The notes: generated by a model not told the origin, from the sequence alone. Shown: positions 42,063 through 55,075, counted from the stretch's first letter. The stretch is DNA of 64,000 nucleotides from Octopus vulgaris (GCA_951406725.2 OX597817.1:164300001-164364000), one strand, 5' to 3'. A program made the numbers and translations.

Positions 42063-43242
42063 GAAATTTAATCCAATCACGGAAGATTCAAATGTAATGA
42101 GAGAAAATGGTAATTTGATCTTACAATATTATGTAGTCACTTTAAATGCCACCTATTATCTTAATAACCTATATAATATATTGGTCAGTCTCTTCATTTA
42201 CTTCTGTGGATTGTTAGTACTTGATATTTATTAGTGTAGGAATGATTGTGATGGAAATATATTTTTTGTTGATGTTTTAAGCTCCGTGTACATAGAAAGA
42301 TTATCATTTTTATTTTGTACCATTTCATTTGTGATTGCGCGGGGTTTATTTTGCTTTGACTGGTTGAAAGTGAAAATTATTACTTTTTTCTAAATGGATT
42401 AAAACTTTACTCAAACCTATATTGTTCAGGACATTTTGGAAATGAATTATACATCTTAGGCCAGTTGCTTTCTATTAGCTGGCGGTACGTAAAAAGAAAA
42501 GAATAAAGAGAATTATTAAAAAATAGCATGAAAGAGAATCATTATATATTCATTTGTTGCTGTTTCTCACATTCATATTTTATTACACCTATCAGAGAGT
42601 TGAAACTCCAGCAAGACTTAAGATTTGAACACCATTCTCTAAGTTACATGAGTGAACCACATATGTTTCAGGTACACATTCTATTTATTGACCATTCAAT
42701 TTGCAGGAGATCAAGCCACACAGAACAAAACTGAATGCTCTGTGCTTTTCTCTTGTGATAAGCAGAGTCCGCGAAGATCTGGCGGACAGTGTGTTGAGGG
42801 CAGTCAAATAACACATGTCTCACTTCTTGCCATAAGCAAGCCAGAAATATGAGTAGATTCGGATTAACTCACATCATGATTTTCATTCAAGACCAGTTCG
42901 TTCCAATTTCTAGAGTAAGCTCTTAATGATTGATGAATTTAGACACTGTGAAAGTTGATCCTTATACCCTAGGTCTTTCTGCAATGATTGTCTGAAAATC
43001 CACATTCATCTATGTACATACTTTCCTTCAATAAATATATTATAAAATTTCACGAATTTTCTTCTTGTTTACAACACACACAGCCAACCTAATCCATAGT
43101 AATCTTACATTGAAGACCATTGCAACAATAAAGACCAATTCACCTATGCGACAATGATGACCCAACGCAACAAGCTATCTTAATAAAATACCAATCATCG
43201 CGACAAAACTATTATGCTTTATTAGTTATTAGTTTACATTTT

Positions 43243-43553
43243 TATTTTATTTTTTTATGCGCCCTTTTTCAAGCCGAGCCAGGTTCATGGGCCCGGTTTC
43301 TATGGCGTATGTGTTCCCCCAGCTGGACGGGACGCCAGTCTATCGCAGCGTTACTCAAGAAATAGGAAGAAAGAGAGAAAGAAAGTTGGGGCGAAAGAGT
43401 GCAACAGGGGTCGCCACCACCCCCTGCCGGAGCCTCATGGAACTTTAGGTGTTTTCGCTCAATAAACACACACAACGCCTGGTCTGAGAATCGAAACCAC
43501 GATCCTCCGACCGCAAGTCCGCTGCCCTAAGCACTGGGCCACTGCGCCTCCAC
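43243..43553 (-). mobile_element. tRNA-derived SINE family 3, second copy
   Basis: Homologous to 54588-54894; A-rich tail; TSD AGTTTAYATTTT. Confidence 0.82.
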
Positions 43554-43699
43554 AGTTTATATTTTACCGTGTATGTAATAACTTTTCCATAATATAAGTT
43601 TTTACAAAAGAAAGACAAAGAAAAGAGAAAAAGGCAGGAAAAAGAAAAGGGGGAAAGGAAAAAGGAGAAGAAAGAGAAAAGAAAACATCAATGTAGTAC

Positions 43700-44655
43700 C
43701 AAGTGCTTCAATTGGTGCAACATTGCTAAGGTGTTGGAAAAGTTAAGCGCCCTCGCAGGCATCACCTGACACCTCGGTGAGGCGAACCGAGCTGCCAACG
43801 ATGATAAGAACTCCGCGGTTAGTGGCCCAGTCCCTCTAAACGTTTCAAACGCCACAGGTTGAAAGATTTAGTTCACTATCAGGTCCCGATACTTCAGGGT
43901 TTTGTTCCGTTCAGCTACAGAAGCAGTAACCCTCCCATTTACTGCAGTATCCAGGTTGTGGAAGGGAGCAAAAGAGTCACAGACTGTGGTGTCCCAGATG
44001 AAGCACTTACTTCTATTCCGAAGACAGAGGGTAAGACCATCTGGTCTCTTCTCATCACTTCTGGATAATTCTGCCGGCTCCAGCTAGGGCCCGCTTAATG
44101 ATTGAGTTTATCTCTGTGTGACGAGCAAAACGACCAGCACTTAGGCGGCAAGACAGGCTGTGAAGACCCGTGGGATCGAAGAGCCTATCACAACGACATC
44201 TCAGTCCCCTACAGACATCAGCTCCCATTCTGAGTGCGATGGGGATACGGAGCTCATCAAGGCTGAGTAGACCTCCAATGTTGGTCACAGACAGAGCATC
44301 AATCCAGCCCCATCCCATCCCCAAAAATTTTGCACAAGCTGAAAGTAGGCGACACCTCAAAAATTGATCAAATTGATCAAGGAGGGAAGTTAAAAGTGGC
44401 GCCTGAACGCAGATTGTCCCATACTCACTACTTCCGTTTATCCTCAACTGTAACAGGAACTGACGAACCCAGCTCTCTCCACTGTAACAGAGCTTTATCT
44501 ATCTCCCTGTTGCAATTAGTAAATGTTGGAGAGGAGAGGATGTTGCTTACTAAAGAGAAGGAAGAGTGGATGGAGGACAGAAAACAGGGAAGAGATAAAG
44601 ACGAGCACTTACGCAGAACTAGACCCCCAAACCGTTGGGGCAAAGCAGCCTGAAT
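43700..44655 (-). mobile_element. 3' fragment of a CRE-like non-LTR retrotransposon (zinc knuckle plus restriction-like endonuclease)
   Basis: LPxRFGGL, IALRMG, CxC..DPTGLHSLSC..GRFARH and RPDG..IWDTTVCDS motifs across frameshifted ORFs 44428-44643 and 44055-44447; pyrimidine-rich tract downstream on the minus strand. Confidence 0.75.
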
Positions 44656-46289
44656 GTCAGTTTGGGGTCAAATGTGAGACCTAGGTTTTATTGTTGTTAT
44701 TGTAGATATTAGATATTTGCATTCTCCTGTCATTGTAAGCTCTTTGTTTTCACGACTGTTTCACTGGCATACACCATACTGCTGGATATCCCTTCTACAT
44801 ATCAGGTGTGATATAGCTTTTTCTTGAAACGTGTCTTCTAAGAGTTTAGTCACTTCGATTCGAAAATAACAAATACAGAGTAGAATTGATTCTACAAGAA
44901 CAACAATTTTTTCATGTTGGTGCCACAATAAATAGCTATCCTCGTATATTTTAGAGGAGATGTGTCCAACTCATCATCCAATTCTACACCAACACTTGGC
45001 ACCTGGATTCTTTTATTGGAGTCGACTATGTTGCAAGCATTCAGACCAGTTTACTGATCTGAGGATAACATAGTCCCTTCACACGCTGATTCCAACTATA
45101 TCTTTTCTTGGGTATTACCACTAATCGTCAGATGGTACCAATAGGAATATTTTTTGGTGAAGGCTTATCACAGAATAGTTTGTACATAACTCCAAACATA
45201 TGGGAGGTAGCTCTATGATATAGGAAAACAGTTACCTTTTCTCTGGTTTGTGGATGGCGATCCTCTACAGCGAGCACAGGATTTGGAAAGGTCAATGACT
45301 TCCTGCTGGGTTTCTCGACATAGTGATTAGTTTCTCTTTCTCCTCTTTCACCAACATTGTTTTTTCTCACATCTGTTTGACATGTCAGAAGAACTGCCCC
45401 CTAAGCAAACTGTCCGAATCGCTCTGAGTTTTTAACAATAAAACAAATTTATGTGGTAAAAGTATCATTATTTCTTTTGTGGCATTTGATGGAGCTAAAA
45501 CTCCATAAAAAGCCTCTTGGCGTGATGACCTTTCGTTCGGGATGATAGAATTCGTAGAGGATCATTCAAAAGCAAAATGAAAAGCCGTTAGGGCATATAA
45601 ACAGTTCTCCAATTTCACATGAAATAAGGATTTCACAATGAATTGTTAAAATGTTGCCATAAATTGCAGATATCAAAACCTGTATCAAGAGACAAAAACA
45701 TATAATTGAAGAAATGAAATTATTGAAGCTGAATTCTATAATGTTGTCTAGGATTTAGAACGTTGTGAAGAATGTTTGACTCTGTAATTTTGTATTAGAT
45801 GCCATTTTTATTGCTTTTTTCCCCTCGACTTTAAGTTAAATGCTTATTTTTCTAATTTGTGGGGTAAGTTAAATTATAGTAATTCTTTATAACATTGTAT
45901 TTTCTTAAACTCTATAATGTAATTCCATCTTCGGTGCTAATCAAATAACTTAGATAGGAGACTTTTTAAACCGCGAAACAAGATTAAATGCTAGCAATGA
46001 AATGTGAGATTATCAATGTAAATTCCATTGCAGGTGGTTAAGATGGTTATATCAACCATAGCTTGTAGGGATTCGAAGAGACAAAAAGTAAATGGCAACT
46101 GACAGCACGAAGCTGACTTTATTTGGAGTGGATGAATCTTATAAACTGAATAAGCAGCATCAGATAAAATATAACATGATTCAAGGATACAGAACAATGG
46201 AGACTAATCTTTCCATTGAATTAACAACTTAATTCCATTAAATAGTTGGTAAAGACTAAGTTTTTGCGAATGAATGTTTAAAAGTAGTC

Positions 46290-47270
46290 TGTAGAACGAT
46301 TGTGCGGAAGGAAAGGTGACGAAGAATGGCTCCTTTAATACACCGCACAGTCGCTTACGATTTATACAAAAAGGATAAATGAGTACAAATGCCAGAAAGA
46401 AAAGAAAGACGACACAACCAGTAGAAAGTTAAAGAGAAGATTTTATTTAGATGTTAACATGTGTGTGCGTCATAAGTACATAATAATAATAATAATAACA
46501 ATAGACAGACCGTCAAGTATACATAATGTATATGTGTGTGCATACAAATACAGAGCATTGAAAGAGTCTATAACAGGACGTTAGAAGAATGTTCAGACAC
46601 AAGGAAGATAAATACCAGTTCATAGTAAGGTACGCAATAGTTGAAGTGCTGTAACAAGAAGTTGTGGCGAAGGAGCAGAGCCGGTTGAAGCACATGTCGT
46701 GTAAGAAGTTGTGGCTACTATGCTGCAGCCGGTCACTTGATACAGGAAGATTTTGCAGGTTGTATTTGCTGTTAACTATGGTGAAATAATTCACAAACAG
46801 TGAGGAGATAGAAGTGGGTGTACGTAGGGAGATGTTGTTGGCGACGTTAAGATGAAGGCGACGGAGATGGAGGTCCTGGTACTGCTGGACGAAGTGTTGA
46901 TGTTTCTCCATGTGGCTGCTGGTGTTGAGCTATCGTTGGAACTGGCTGTGTGCTCTGTGGTCAGTGGATAGACCTTAGAAGGTCTAGAACCAAAGACTTC
47001 GACTTGGTGTTGAAGCTAGCATTTTATAGTGAACTATCAGAGCAAACGGAGATTTAGAAGAGACTGCCTCACATAACCTTATCAGAAGGCTGCGTTTGGT
47101 TGGGTTGCACATAGGCGCGTAAAAGAGCAAGAGACAAATTGCGCTAATACCAACCAATCAGGGTAGTGGACACAACAGGGTCCAAACGGCCGAAGGCTAG
47201 CTGTTATCTACTACGTCCGTATTTGTGTATATATAACAGACAGAGAGAATTTCACTAAGCGTACGCTACA
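46290..47270 (-). mobile_element. Solo LTR of the same family upstream of NAMPT
   Basis: TG...CA termini, 4-bp TSD AGTC on both sides, homologous to 26176-27194 in reverse orientation. Confidence 0.82.
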
Positions 47271-48288
47271 AGTCCTTATTCATTGTCACTAACAAGACAT
47301 TTGTTTCTCCGTCACTCGGCTCCTTAGTGGCATCATAAATATTCTTCATGTGACTACTTATGACGATAGATTCGTCTGCCAGGTTACTAATGTACTTGTT
47401 TCAGTGATAGATCTTTACTAAAACATTAGCAAGCCCTAGGTTAAGATTAGATTGTTGTTGTTGCTGTTTAACCCCAAACAGGGCCTCCAGACCCGTGAGG
47501 TCCCTTGTGCGTCTCTTACCCTGATGACGACTTTACATCTACCTCTACTGTAACTATCCCTCACCACCATCCTTTCCCTTTACTGTGACTATCATTCACT
47601 ACGTTACATATCCGTACCATCAACATTTACCCGTAGTCGTCTTTGCAGTACTATAGCCATCACTACCCCCACTGGACAGATAAATGCACTTGACCCTGAT
47701 GTATTAATTAATTAATTAATTTGCTTATTTATTTATATACTTATTGATAGCAAGTCGCAACATACATAGGTGATAATTGGGTCCCAAGAACTGTCTGGAG
47801 CCCCGAGCAACAGTCCCGTGTGCCTATGCTTTAAGACGATACTAACCCCAATTCAACTGTAATTAAGTAGATCTATGATCAAAAACATTCCACCAAAGAC
47901 TGTTCTTGTCTTTCTTCAGTCATGGTAAACCCAGGACTACATTTTTTAAAAATACTTAGATCGTAGGTTGTGAGATTTAAGGGAGATTTGGCTGTTATTC
48001 AAGCCAATTCATTGTAAAAATTTCCCCGGTGGCTTGCTAGTAAAGCTAGATTTAAAGTTTGGGTCGAGATTTAGAGCTATGATCATGGTAAAAGTTAAGG
48101 TTTGGGTTAGAGGCTGCGGTCAGATTGAGAGTTAGGTGTTAAGGCTTTGGTGTTGTTTAACTCCAAGTCAGTCCTGATCAAGCAGAGTTATGATCAAAAG
48201 CGATCCACTCGTGACCATCTTATCTTTATCGCATGTTCAAGGAGCCGAGGACCACACTATTCGACGTGCTTATCTATTTATCCATTTA

Positions 48289-48662
48289 CTTGCAGTATCG
48301 CCCGGCGTTGCTCGGGTTTGTTTCGACCCTTTAGAATTGGAATTTTTGAAAAGTAAAAATTTTGCATTGTGTAGCTTGTTATTCTCTGGTTGAAATACAC
48401 CGAAAAATGGCGACACCGCAGTAAAAAAAATCGTAAAAAATAGGGATTTTCATAGAAAAAAAGCACCTGTTTGATGTAAATAATTTTTGGTGTTAACATG
48501 GTCCGATTTGAATTTTTCTTCTACTGAAGGAAGAGAAAGCCTTCTTCTATCATACTCTCAGTTTTGGTCAACTTGCGCCGCAGGGTCTCGGAGGAGATAG
48601 TGTTAGTTGAAGGCTACCAAACCTGCCATACTCAGACAACTTCAGCTTTATTTATAGAGAGA
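48289..48662 (-). mobile_element. Non-autonomous Helitron, same family as 61591-61982
   Basis: Reverse-complement match to 61591-61982 with the same hairpin; terminal CTAG reads CAAG. Confidence 0.78.
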
Positions 48663-49129
48663 TTTATTACTAAGTCTATGGCGGTGTTATTTAAGGGAGT
48701 TTTGACTGCTATTTCTTGCAGCGCAAATGGTTACGTAAGTGACTCATTTGCTCCTTTGTTGGTTCAAGGTTAATGTGTTGATTAGGTTTGGCGTTAGTTT
48801 AGTTTGTGTTTGTGTTAGGGTGTAAGTAAAGGTTGAATCAGATATAAAAAGAAAACAAAAGTTTACTGAGCTTTTCCAATTTATTAATATTAATCGCCTG
48901 AATAATTGATTGTTGCGCCAGTTCCTGCATTGTGCTGTGCAATCAACATTTATATCTGGCAAGTCAGGACAAAAGACCTGGCAATTTGTCAGGTATAAAA
49001 TCGGTTCCACTCTTGACAAGTTCAAACATGAAACTTGAAGCTGAAGCTGAGGTGGAAAACGTTCTAAGTATTTCTATGTCAGCTGCCGCCATTCCGATGT
49101 AGATAAATACTGGCCAATACGTACGTGCA

Positions 49130-49136
49130 CTCACAC

Positions 49137-49202
<66 letters not shown>

Positions 49203-49741
49203 GCACGCACATACACATACACAAACATACATACACATGCGTACAAACCTGTGTGCTTCCCCGTATGCTCATAAAAACGTGCGCGCATGCGGGTACTCTG
49301 ACGCATACGCACGCACATATACACCACTTACGCACCCGCAATGCCAAGGCACGCACGATAACTACACATACACATACACATACATTAAAATGTATACACA
49401 ACATTCACACACATACAACCATACTCGTATAAACATGCCCTCATACATACACGCACATACATACAAACGGGTGATCGTCTGTATTCTCATACAAACGTGC
49501 GCACATCCATCCACGTATATTTACACACACATACACACAATACCCACAAGTACGCACCACGTTTACATGCTCGCACACACACACACACATACATACATAC
49601 ACACATGCTACCTACACACATACACAGCATTCACACATATACCACATACACGCACACATACATATACATACACACAAACATACAGCCATACACATATAGA
49701 CATGCACACACACACACACACACACACACTCATGAACACAA

Positions 49742-49781
<40 letters not shown>
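49130..49781. repeat. CA/TA-rich compound microsatellite, low-complexity tract
   Basis: Directly visible. Other long microsatellites: (TA)n near 13422-13505, 16381-16450, 28385-28468, 28714-28776, 30042-30112; (CT)n 57023-57070, 61405-61482; (ATTG)n 39117-39160; (CAT)n 53311-53403; (TGC/TGT)n 9126-9179. Confidence 0.95.
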
Positions 49782-49782
<1 letters not shown>

Positions 49783-49846
49783 GGAGAAAACACATAAATG
49801 TGAAACAAGGTGGAAAAAAGAGTACTCAAATACCAGTGGTAGAGTA

Positions 49847-50015
49847 ATATGCTTTATTTTAAGCAGCAGAAAATTCAACAAAATCTGTTACCTGAGTTTC
49901 TCGTTGTCGTTCATCAGACAGTTTTTGCTAGAATTCTAGCAAAAACTGTCTGATGAACGGCAACGAGAAACTCAGAGTAACAGATTTTGTTGAATTTTCT
50001 GCTGCTTAAAATAAA

Positions 50016-50021
<6 letters not shown>
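49847..50021. repeat. Near-perfect palindrome (about 85-bp arms) centred on GAATTC; Penelope-like inverted terminus
   Basis: Arms read as reverse complements with few differences; lies between (TA)n tracts. Confidence 0.9.
49939..49990 (+). ncRNA. Minimal type-I hammerhead ribozyme motif in the right arm of a palindrome
   Basis: CTGT-CTGATGA-ACGGCAACGA-GAAA-CTCAGAG-TA-ACAG; stem I extends (GCAAAAACTGT/ACAGATTTTGT); stem II is short with an A.A mismatch at its base. Confidence 0.7.
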
Positions 50022-50050
<29 letters not shown>

Positions 50051-50053
<3 letters not shown>

Positions 50054-50594
50054 CTATTTAAAACTGTATACAGCTATGGTACGACCACACTTGGAATTCG
50101 CATCATCAGTTTGGAATCCCTATCTTGCTCAGAACATTGACCTCCTGGAATCTGTCCAGAGACGTGCAACCAAACGCATACCCTCCATCAGACACCTACC
50201 ATATTCTGAGCGCCTTGTTTCCCTGGGCATGGATTCACTGAAGCTCCGGCGTCTAGCGACGGACTTGGTAAACACCCACAAGGTTATCAACCACCTCACC
50301 AACAACAACACTGAACACCTTTTTGATCTCCATGTGTCTAACACACGTGGACATGCCTACAAAGTCAGAAAACAGCACAGCTCCCATGACTTTCGGAAAC
50401 ATTTTTTCACGCTCAGGGTTGCTGAAGCGTGGAATAAACTGCCTGCATCAGTTGTTGACTGCCATGACACTGCATCCTTTAAGGCCCTCATGCTTCCCGA
50501 AATCCGTCGAAACTACACCTGATTATATATACACTTTAGATGAGTTGTAGTGCACCTGAGCACTGTACACAATTATTATTATTATTATTATTAT
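50051..50594 (+). mobile_element. 5'-truncated CR1/L2-group LINE (ORF 50076-50522)
   Basis: VRPHLEFASSVWNPY, ESVQRRATK, TRGH and FFTLRVAEAWNKLP motifs; (ATT)n tail. Confidence 0.9.
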
Positions 50595-51612
50595 TCGCTA
50601 TCACAGAGGGAAATTATCTTGTACGCGATACATGTCAGATAACTGCAGAAAAATATTAGAAATAATTAAATTCACTGCAGAATTGTAGTATTGGGCAAGA
50701 CAGTTTTACTTCAGGCAATATCAGGTTTGATTTGGTGAAACTCCATGCTATATGAAGCTTGGAAGCCCCTCTATTAGAAAACTTCACCAGAAGGATTCGC
50801 AAAATTTGAACACAAGTATGCTTTTTAATTATTTAATAGCATAGTGGCTGTGTGGTAAGTAGCTTGCTTACCAACCACATGGTTCCGGGTTCATTCCCAC
50901 TGCATGGCACCTTGGGTAAGTGTCTTCTACTATAGCCTCGGGTCAACTAAAGTGGATTTGGTAGACAGAAACTGAAAGAATCCCGTTGTATATATGTATA
51001 TATATATATATGTATGTGTGTGTATATGTTTGTGTGTCTGTGCTTGTCTCCCCAACATCGCTTGACAACCGATGCTGGTGTGTTTGCGTCCCCGTAACTT
51101 AGCGGTTTGGCAAAAGAGGCCGATAGAATAAGTACTAGGCTCACAAAAAATAAGTCCTGGGGTTGATTTGCTTGACTAAAGGTGGTGCTCCAGCATGGCC
51201 ACAGTCAAATGACTGAAACAAGTAAAATAAAAGAAAGCATATTACAGATGCAGTTGTAGCTGTGTTGTAAGAAGTTCACTTCCCAACCATATGGTTTTGG
51301 GTTCAGTCCCACTGTGATACCTTGAACGAGTGTCTGCTACAACAGCCCCAATGGTGGTGGTGGTGATGATGATGATGATCCAAATTTATTTACTGTCTCA
51401 TATTTTCTTCTATATTTATATCTATAAGCATGTTTCTGAATGAATTACCTCCTCTAATGGTAGGCAACACAAATTATCGCTCTCTAAACTCAGAATGCTA
51501 AGCGCAAACAGTTTCTCTTGAGACACAGTGGCTCTCTGCTCATTACTTAATCTCTTTAGCTGTAAAAATGATCTTTTGCCTGAACAATTTATTACCATCA
51601 AATATAACGAGA

Positions 51613-51924
51613 ATTTATTGTGTCTGGAGAGACTCATTCTCTTTTAGTACCGTACTAATTTAACACACTTATCGGTCTGATTTCTTATTTGCTTATTATT
51701 TTTTACTAAAATTTTTGTTGTGACTTGCAACCTTTTCAATAGTTGTTGATTCTGTCCATTATCAGAATTCCAATAATGGACAGAATCAATGACTTGGAAA
51801 AGTTGCAAGTCACAACAAAAATTTTAGTTAAAAATAATAAGTAAATGAATAGAAATCAAACCAGTGAGTGTGTTAAATTAATAAGGCACTAAAAGAGAAT
51901 GACTCTCCCTAGAGACAATAAAAT
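51613..51924. repeat. Inverted repeat with about 145-bp imperfect arms; a single related arm at about 57236-57372
   Basis: TGTCTGGAGAGACTCATTCTCTTTTAGT...GATTCTGTCCATTAT mirrored by ATAATGGACAGAATC...ACTAAAAGAGAATGACTCTCC. Confidence 0.85.
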
Positions 51925-52055
51925 ATGCTTCAACACACGAATTCACATAAAGAATTTTGCAAACTGCATACAAAAACGAAATAACAATAATTACAATGTT
52001 GCTTTAACAGCAGAGAAAACTAAATACATCTTGTTTTGTTTAGGACAAAATTATT

Positions 52056-52274
52056 CTTTTACCCTTTACTCTTTACTCTTTTACTCTTTTACTTGTTTCA
52101 GTCATTTGACTGCGGCCATGCTGGAGCACCGCCTTTTTAGTCGAGCAAATCGACCCCGGGACTTATTCTTTGTAAGCCCAGTACTTATTCTATCGGTCTC
52201 TTTTGCCGAACCGCTAAGTGACGGGGACGTAAACACACCAGCATCGGTTGTCAAGCAATGCTACGGGGACAAAC

Positions 52275-52328
<54 letters not shown>

Positions 52329-52492
52329 GACAGGCTTCTTTCAGTTTCCGTCTACCAAATCCACTCACAAGGCATTGGTCGGCCCGGGGCTATAGCAGAA
52401 GACACTTGCCCAAGATGCCACGCAGTGGGACTGAACCCGGAACCATGTGGTTGGTTAGCAAGCTACTTACCACACAGCCACTCCTACGCCTA
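52056..52492 (-). mobile_element. tRNA-derived SINE family 2 with an internal (TA)n/(TG)n tract and a (GTAAAAGA)n tail
   Basis: A/B-box-like head TGGCTGTGTGGT...GGTTCAGTCCC. Other copies at about 50838-51232(+), 38454-38810(+), 39595-40100(-), 58475-58845(+), split copy 27955-29348(-), and fragments near 15900-16060, 18070-18405 and 30118-30335. Confidence 0.88.
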
Positions 52493-54587
52493 TACAGATG
52501 AATAATTTTGCATAACACAAACATAAAACACCTTAGTTCACCTGTAAGGTTAATATTCTTTATTATTTTGGCATAAGGCCAGCAATTTTGAGAGGTGGGA
52601 CAAGTTGATTACATTAAGCCCAATACTTGACTGGGATTTTATTTTATCAACCCTTTTGATAACAACCCACCTGAAACTGCCTCTGGCTCTGTACTACAAA
52701 TGTCTTGTTTTCATAAGTTTTGAATAAAGATCTTCCCCCACACCTTAGTCACAATTTATGTTCCTAATACCAGCTTAATGATAACTAAGTTATTTTAATA
52801 AATTCTTTGTTATATTTAAAGTAATTGAAAGAAACAGAGCATCACAAAATAAATACAGTAACAAAAAGAGTTAAAAGGATAAAAAGCAAAGTTGACCTCA
52901 GAGAGATTTGAACTCAGAATGTAAATACTGCTAAGCATTTTGTCCAATTCACTAACAATTCTGTCAGTTCAGTGCTTTTTGTAAGGCAACTATCAACACC
53001 GTTTGGGTATTCTTCAATCAAAGTTTCTACTACCTCTTGTTACTGAAGCTTCCAAATAAACTAAAAATGAGAAGTTGTTGTAACATAGTAAGTAGACTGC
53101 TACTTTTCTGCTGAAGTTTACTTCAAGAATATCTTAAACAGGAATGAAGAATTTCACAAATATATCCCCTGGAGAAAGCTCTTCATCAACATCAGATGCT
53201 GATCTATTATTAGCTTGTTCTTTATCGTTTGTCTATTTTCTGGCTTTCATTCTTTTCTTTGTACCGTTGTGTTCTTACATCAAGCAGTTTGAATTAAACA
53301 CCCAGTTCCCCATCATCATTATCATCATCATCGTCATCATCATCATCGTCATCATCGTCATCATCATCATTGTCATCATCATCATTGTCATCATCATCAT
53401 CATTATATAAATGTCCACTTATATGCTTGCACAGGTCAGATGAAATTTGCTGAAATAAGGCGGCGAGCAGGCAGAAACGTTAGCACACCAGACGAAATGC
53501 TTAGCGGTATTTCGTCTGCCGCTACATGGCACATGAAAAAACATTCAAGCGAGGTCGTTGCCAGTGCCGCTGGACTGGCTCCTGTGCAGGTGGCATGTAA
53601 AAAATACCATTTGAGCATTGCCATTGCCAGTACCGCCTGCATGCTGGTGGCACATAAAAGCATCCACTACACCCTCAGATTGGTTGGCGTTAGGAAGGGC
53701 ATCCAGCTGTAGAAACTCTGCCGGATCAGATTGGAGCCTGGTGCAGCCATCTGGTTTGCCAACCCTGTCAAATTGTCCAACCCATGCTAGCATGGAAAGT
53801 GGATGTTAAACGCCACCGCCGCCGCCGATGATGATGATGATGATTGACCATGTTGACAGACCTCTCAATACTGTTGGAAATGACACTACACCACCATTTA
53901 TAAAAAAATTGCAACATAAAATATCACACTTCACTACCAATGTTATGATGCCCATCTCTAGTAACTTTTCGACATTAACAAAGTCATTCTAGATCCCACT
54001 TTTCATACACAACTCCCAACATAAAGTATCCTCTTTCACAACACTTATTAAGAATCAATATGTTTACCAAGTTCTCCAAGAAGCCCCACATTCCTAACAT
54101 AGTAAAAAGCCTATTAAAAAAATTGGTGTTTTTCTTGGGTCCATTAACCTTCTATTAACCCTCTACATATGCCTCAAAAAATTTCCGCTTGCATATCTTG
54201 AATGATATACTTCTTCACTGGTATCCTCAATCCTATTCTGGAGAGAACTGCCTTTTCAATGAAATAACTATCGTCAATGTTATCTTTAAGTCAATTCTAA
54301 TGCATTTCCATATTCAAAAACCACAATGGTGTAATATCTCTTTTGTGTGATGTAGAACTGGTAGAATGCTCCACAATTTGTTTCAGACGTTATTTCTAAT
54401 GTTTCTCTCAGCACATTATAGGATATTCATTTCTAACATGGAACAAAGCTGGAAATTTGGTGGGTTTGAGAGCATAGGTGATTTTAATGATTCCAATCCT
54501 TTAATAATACTCATTTTATTGTTCTAAAATGATGGAAAGCAGCCATAGTTGGACTTGAATGCAAAGTATAAAGAGACATAATGGAAT

Positions 54588-54894
54588 TGTTTGTTTGTTC
54601 CTTCATAAACCATGCCTGGCTCATAAGGGCCGGTTTCTCTGTTTCCTTGGCGTATAGGTTCCCCACCTGGATGGGACGCCGGTCTGTCACAGGTGAGCTG
54701 CAAGATGCAGGAAGAAAGAGTGAGAAAAAGTTGTGGCGAAAGAGTCAGCAGAAGTTCGCCATTACCTTCTGCCGGAGCCACATGGAGCTTAGGTGTTTCA
54801 CTCGTAAACACACACATCACCCGGTCTGAGATTCGAACCTGCAATCCCTCGACCGCGAGTCCGCTACTCTAACCACTAGGCCATGTGCCTCCAC
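54588..54894 (-). mobile_element. tRNA-derived SINE family 3
   Basis: tRNA-like head with GGTTCGAATCTC; 13-bp TSD GACATAAYGGAAT; (AAAC)n tail. Confidence 0.85.
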
Positions 54895-55075
54895 GACATA
54901 ACGGAATACTGCATGATAATTCGTCTGATCCTCTTCTGATTTTGTCCTCCATTGTCCTACATTACAAATTTATAGGAATAAAAGGAAAACAAGACCACTT
55001 ACTTAGACTGTTTTTATGTAACCATGTTATTCTGTTGACAATGTTACTGATAGCGAAGTATTTCTTTGAATTTTG

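Noticed and set aside
42707-42915. AG...GT-bounded candidate plus-strand exon
   Set aside because: All three frames contain stops; the minus strand loosely resembles a decayed LINE RT. It could only be a non-coding exon, which is unsupported.
48964-49881. Long ORFs rich in H/T/Y or C/V (for example 49237-49797, 186 aa)
   Set aside because: Translations of CA/TA microsatellites; the same applies to the YIYI, poly-C, poly-I and RERE ORFs elsewhere.
51899-52501. 200-aa ORF, the longest in the track
   Set aside because: Runs through a reversed family-2 SINE and its microsatellite; no protein motif.
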